A DNA stretch of 63,966 nucleotides, counting the filler, from Craspedostauros australis (Eukaryota): the NCBI GenBank assembly GCA_030167865.1. It is 6 parts of 6 records of this genome, joined end to end, with 100 filler letters (N's around TTAATTAATTAA, not from the genome) between each part and the next. Parts side by side here need not be neighbours in the genome. Positions count along the whole stretch, not along the records: positions 62,438 to 63,966 come from JALAGF010003478.1; 5 more parts are not named here. One strand, given 5' to 3'. Below the pieces are notes generated by a model, which worked only from the letters and a program-made list of their open reading frames with translations, had not been told where the DNA came from and searched no databases. Made by a program: the position numbers and the translations under genes. Below, one piece after another: positions 62,850 to 63,966 of the stretch (positions within the stretch are counted from its first letter, which is position 1; every line of letters begins with the position of its first letter).

Positions 62850-63966
62850 TGGAAAAGGATCTGCGCTGTACGCTCGTCGTCGCTGCTGTTGTCGCCGTCA
62901 TCGCTCAATGAGTCACGTCCATGATGGACAAGAGCGACAGCCCTGGCAACTGTGCTTGCACGCTCGCTGGAGTAGACCTCCTTGTACGTCTTGAGAACCT
63001 TCGCAGCAAGGTCAGGTTCGGACTCGCGGAGCTCAGCGAAACGCAGATCGCGTGCCCATGGAAGGCAGCTGCGCGCATGATGTCCCTTGCGGTGGCACGC
63101 GGAGCAGAATGCATCCTTGTCCGGTTGATAAAACTCGGACCGCTTGCGCTCGCCACGCTTGCCATCGCCACCAGACTTCCCAGACGAACGTGTTTGCACA
63201 CGGTGGCCAATATTGGACGTTGAGGCAGTGGGATCTCCTCTGATGGTACGGGCAAGAGCCGACACGTGTAGGTGAGGGGGCACGCGCTTGTTGCCTGGCA
63301 CCAGGGACAGAGACGTGATGTGGTGTTCCACAGGCATGTGGTGAGAGCGAAGACCTTCGAGGAATCGGCGGGATAGCTCCACATCAGTGATCGTGCGACG
63401 GTGAACGACGCTCTCGGTTTGTTGGAATTCCAACAACGCCGTGGCGAACTTGATGACGTCTTGCGAATCGCCATACTCAGGCGCTTGGCTCACGGTGTTG
63501 GCAACACGCATGTATGCGTCCGAGAGCACTTGATGAAGGAAAAGGAAGGATGACAGATGGTGTGGCGACATGCCGAAAGTCCCAGAATAGAATAGGGAGA
63601 TGGCAGGGTCGTCCAGATCGAGGATGTCCTTCTGTTGCAACTTCTTGTTCAGCCACTCGCCGGCACGGATGACACGTTCACGTGGAGCGTTGCGCGGAAT
63701 GATGGAGCACTGCGGACTGAACGCGGAAAGCGGACAGATGTGGATGTCCACACCAGCAGCCTCGGCTTGGAGTTGTGTGTACCACTTGAGTACTCCAGCG
63801 GGCGCGTCCCCAGCAAGCTTCAGCTCCCAGCGCTGCCAGTATCCAATGGCGGCATACGAGGGCTCTGTGACCATGGGAACCTCCTTGAAGTGGAAATGAG
63901 GGAGGACTGCAGGGTTGTTGCGGGCCATGGCGTAGGTAAGGCCAGAGCCGGTGATGAAGTCGACGG
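62822..63966 (-). CDS. gag: Gag, 5'-truncated by the window end
   Basis: Zinc knuckle CSACHRKGHHARSC; frame is open upstream of ATG 63928 (VDFITGSGLTYA aligns with FDYITASGVPYG of element 1). Confidence 0.9.
   Translation of the reverse strand, partial: VDFITGSGLTYAMARNNPAVLPHFHFKEVPMVTEPSYAAIGYWQRWELKLAGDAPAGVLKWYTQLQAEAAGVDIHICPLSAFSPQCSIIPRNAPRERVIRAGEWLNKKLQQKDILDLDDPAISLFYSGTFGMSPHHLSSFLFLHQVLSDAYMRVANTVSQAPEYGDSQDVIKFATALLEFQQTESVVHRRTITDVELSRRFLEGLRSHHMPVEHHITSLSLVPGNKRVPPHLHVSALARTIRGDPTASTSNIGHRVQTRSSGKSGGDGKRGERKRSEFYQPDKDAFCSACHRKGHHARSCLPWARDLRFAELRESEPDLAAKVLKTYKEVYSSERASTVARAVALVHHGRDSLSDDGDNSSDDERTAQILFQDFVLAGRK

Larger units (their letters stand above)
62438..63966 (-). mobile_element. 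second, divergent CoDi-like Copia element (gag 3' part and pol 5' part)
   Basis: Gag and protease homologous to the element at 32142-37960. Confidence 0.92.

Overview
Eukaryotic, gene-dense and nearly intron-free DNA, most likely from a diatom (inferred from CoDi-type Copia elements, RXL/KXXK secreted proteins and the VxF/WY/RGLE family). The window is six contigs joined by artificial 100-nt linkers (44N-TTAATTAATTAA-44N): 1-6515, 6616-13507, 13608-32041, 32142-54970, 55071-62337 and 62438-63966. Contigs 1 and 2 are two haplotypes of one locus, and the start of contig 3 is the reverse complement of 1-3501, so the apparent triplication is an assembly bubble. Host genes: gamma-glutamyl hydrolase, an RsuA/RluB-type pseudouridine synthase, a secreted Cys-rich repeat protein (intact in one haplotype, null in the other), a second secreted protein, a GON4L/DUO3-like Myb protein with one intron, NPL4, a SLAC1/TDT transporter, a Rab escort protein, two LRR-like paralogs in a ~3.7 kb inverted duplication, and two VxF/WY/RGLE-family proteins. 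There are also ankyrin and FAD-monooxygenase pseudogenes. Mobile DNA: two Ty1/Copia elements, a 357-bp TRIM, a ~1.7 kb non-autonomous TIR element and a MULE fragment. Best leads: (1) both divergent Copia elements carry the same -1 frameshift cassette at the gag/pol junction (G_GAU_UUU, 6-nt spacer, covarying H-type pseudoknot); (2) the TRIM LTRs contain a tRNA-like B-box minihelix followed by a T4 run; (3) a PDZ-like domain sits between integrase and RT. All family assignments come from motif recognition by eye, not database searches.
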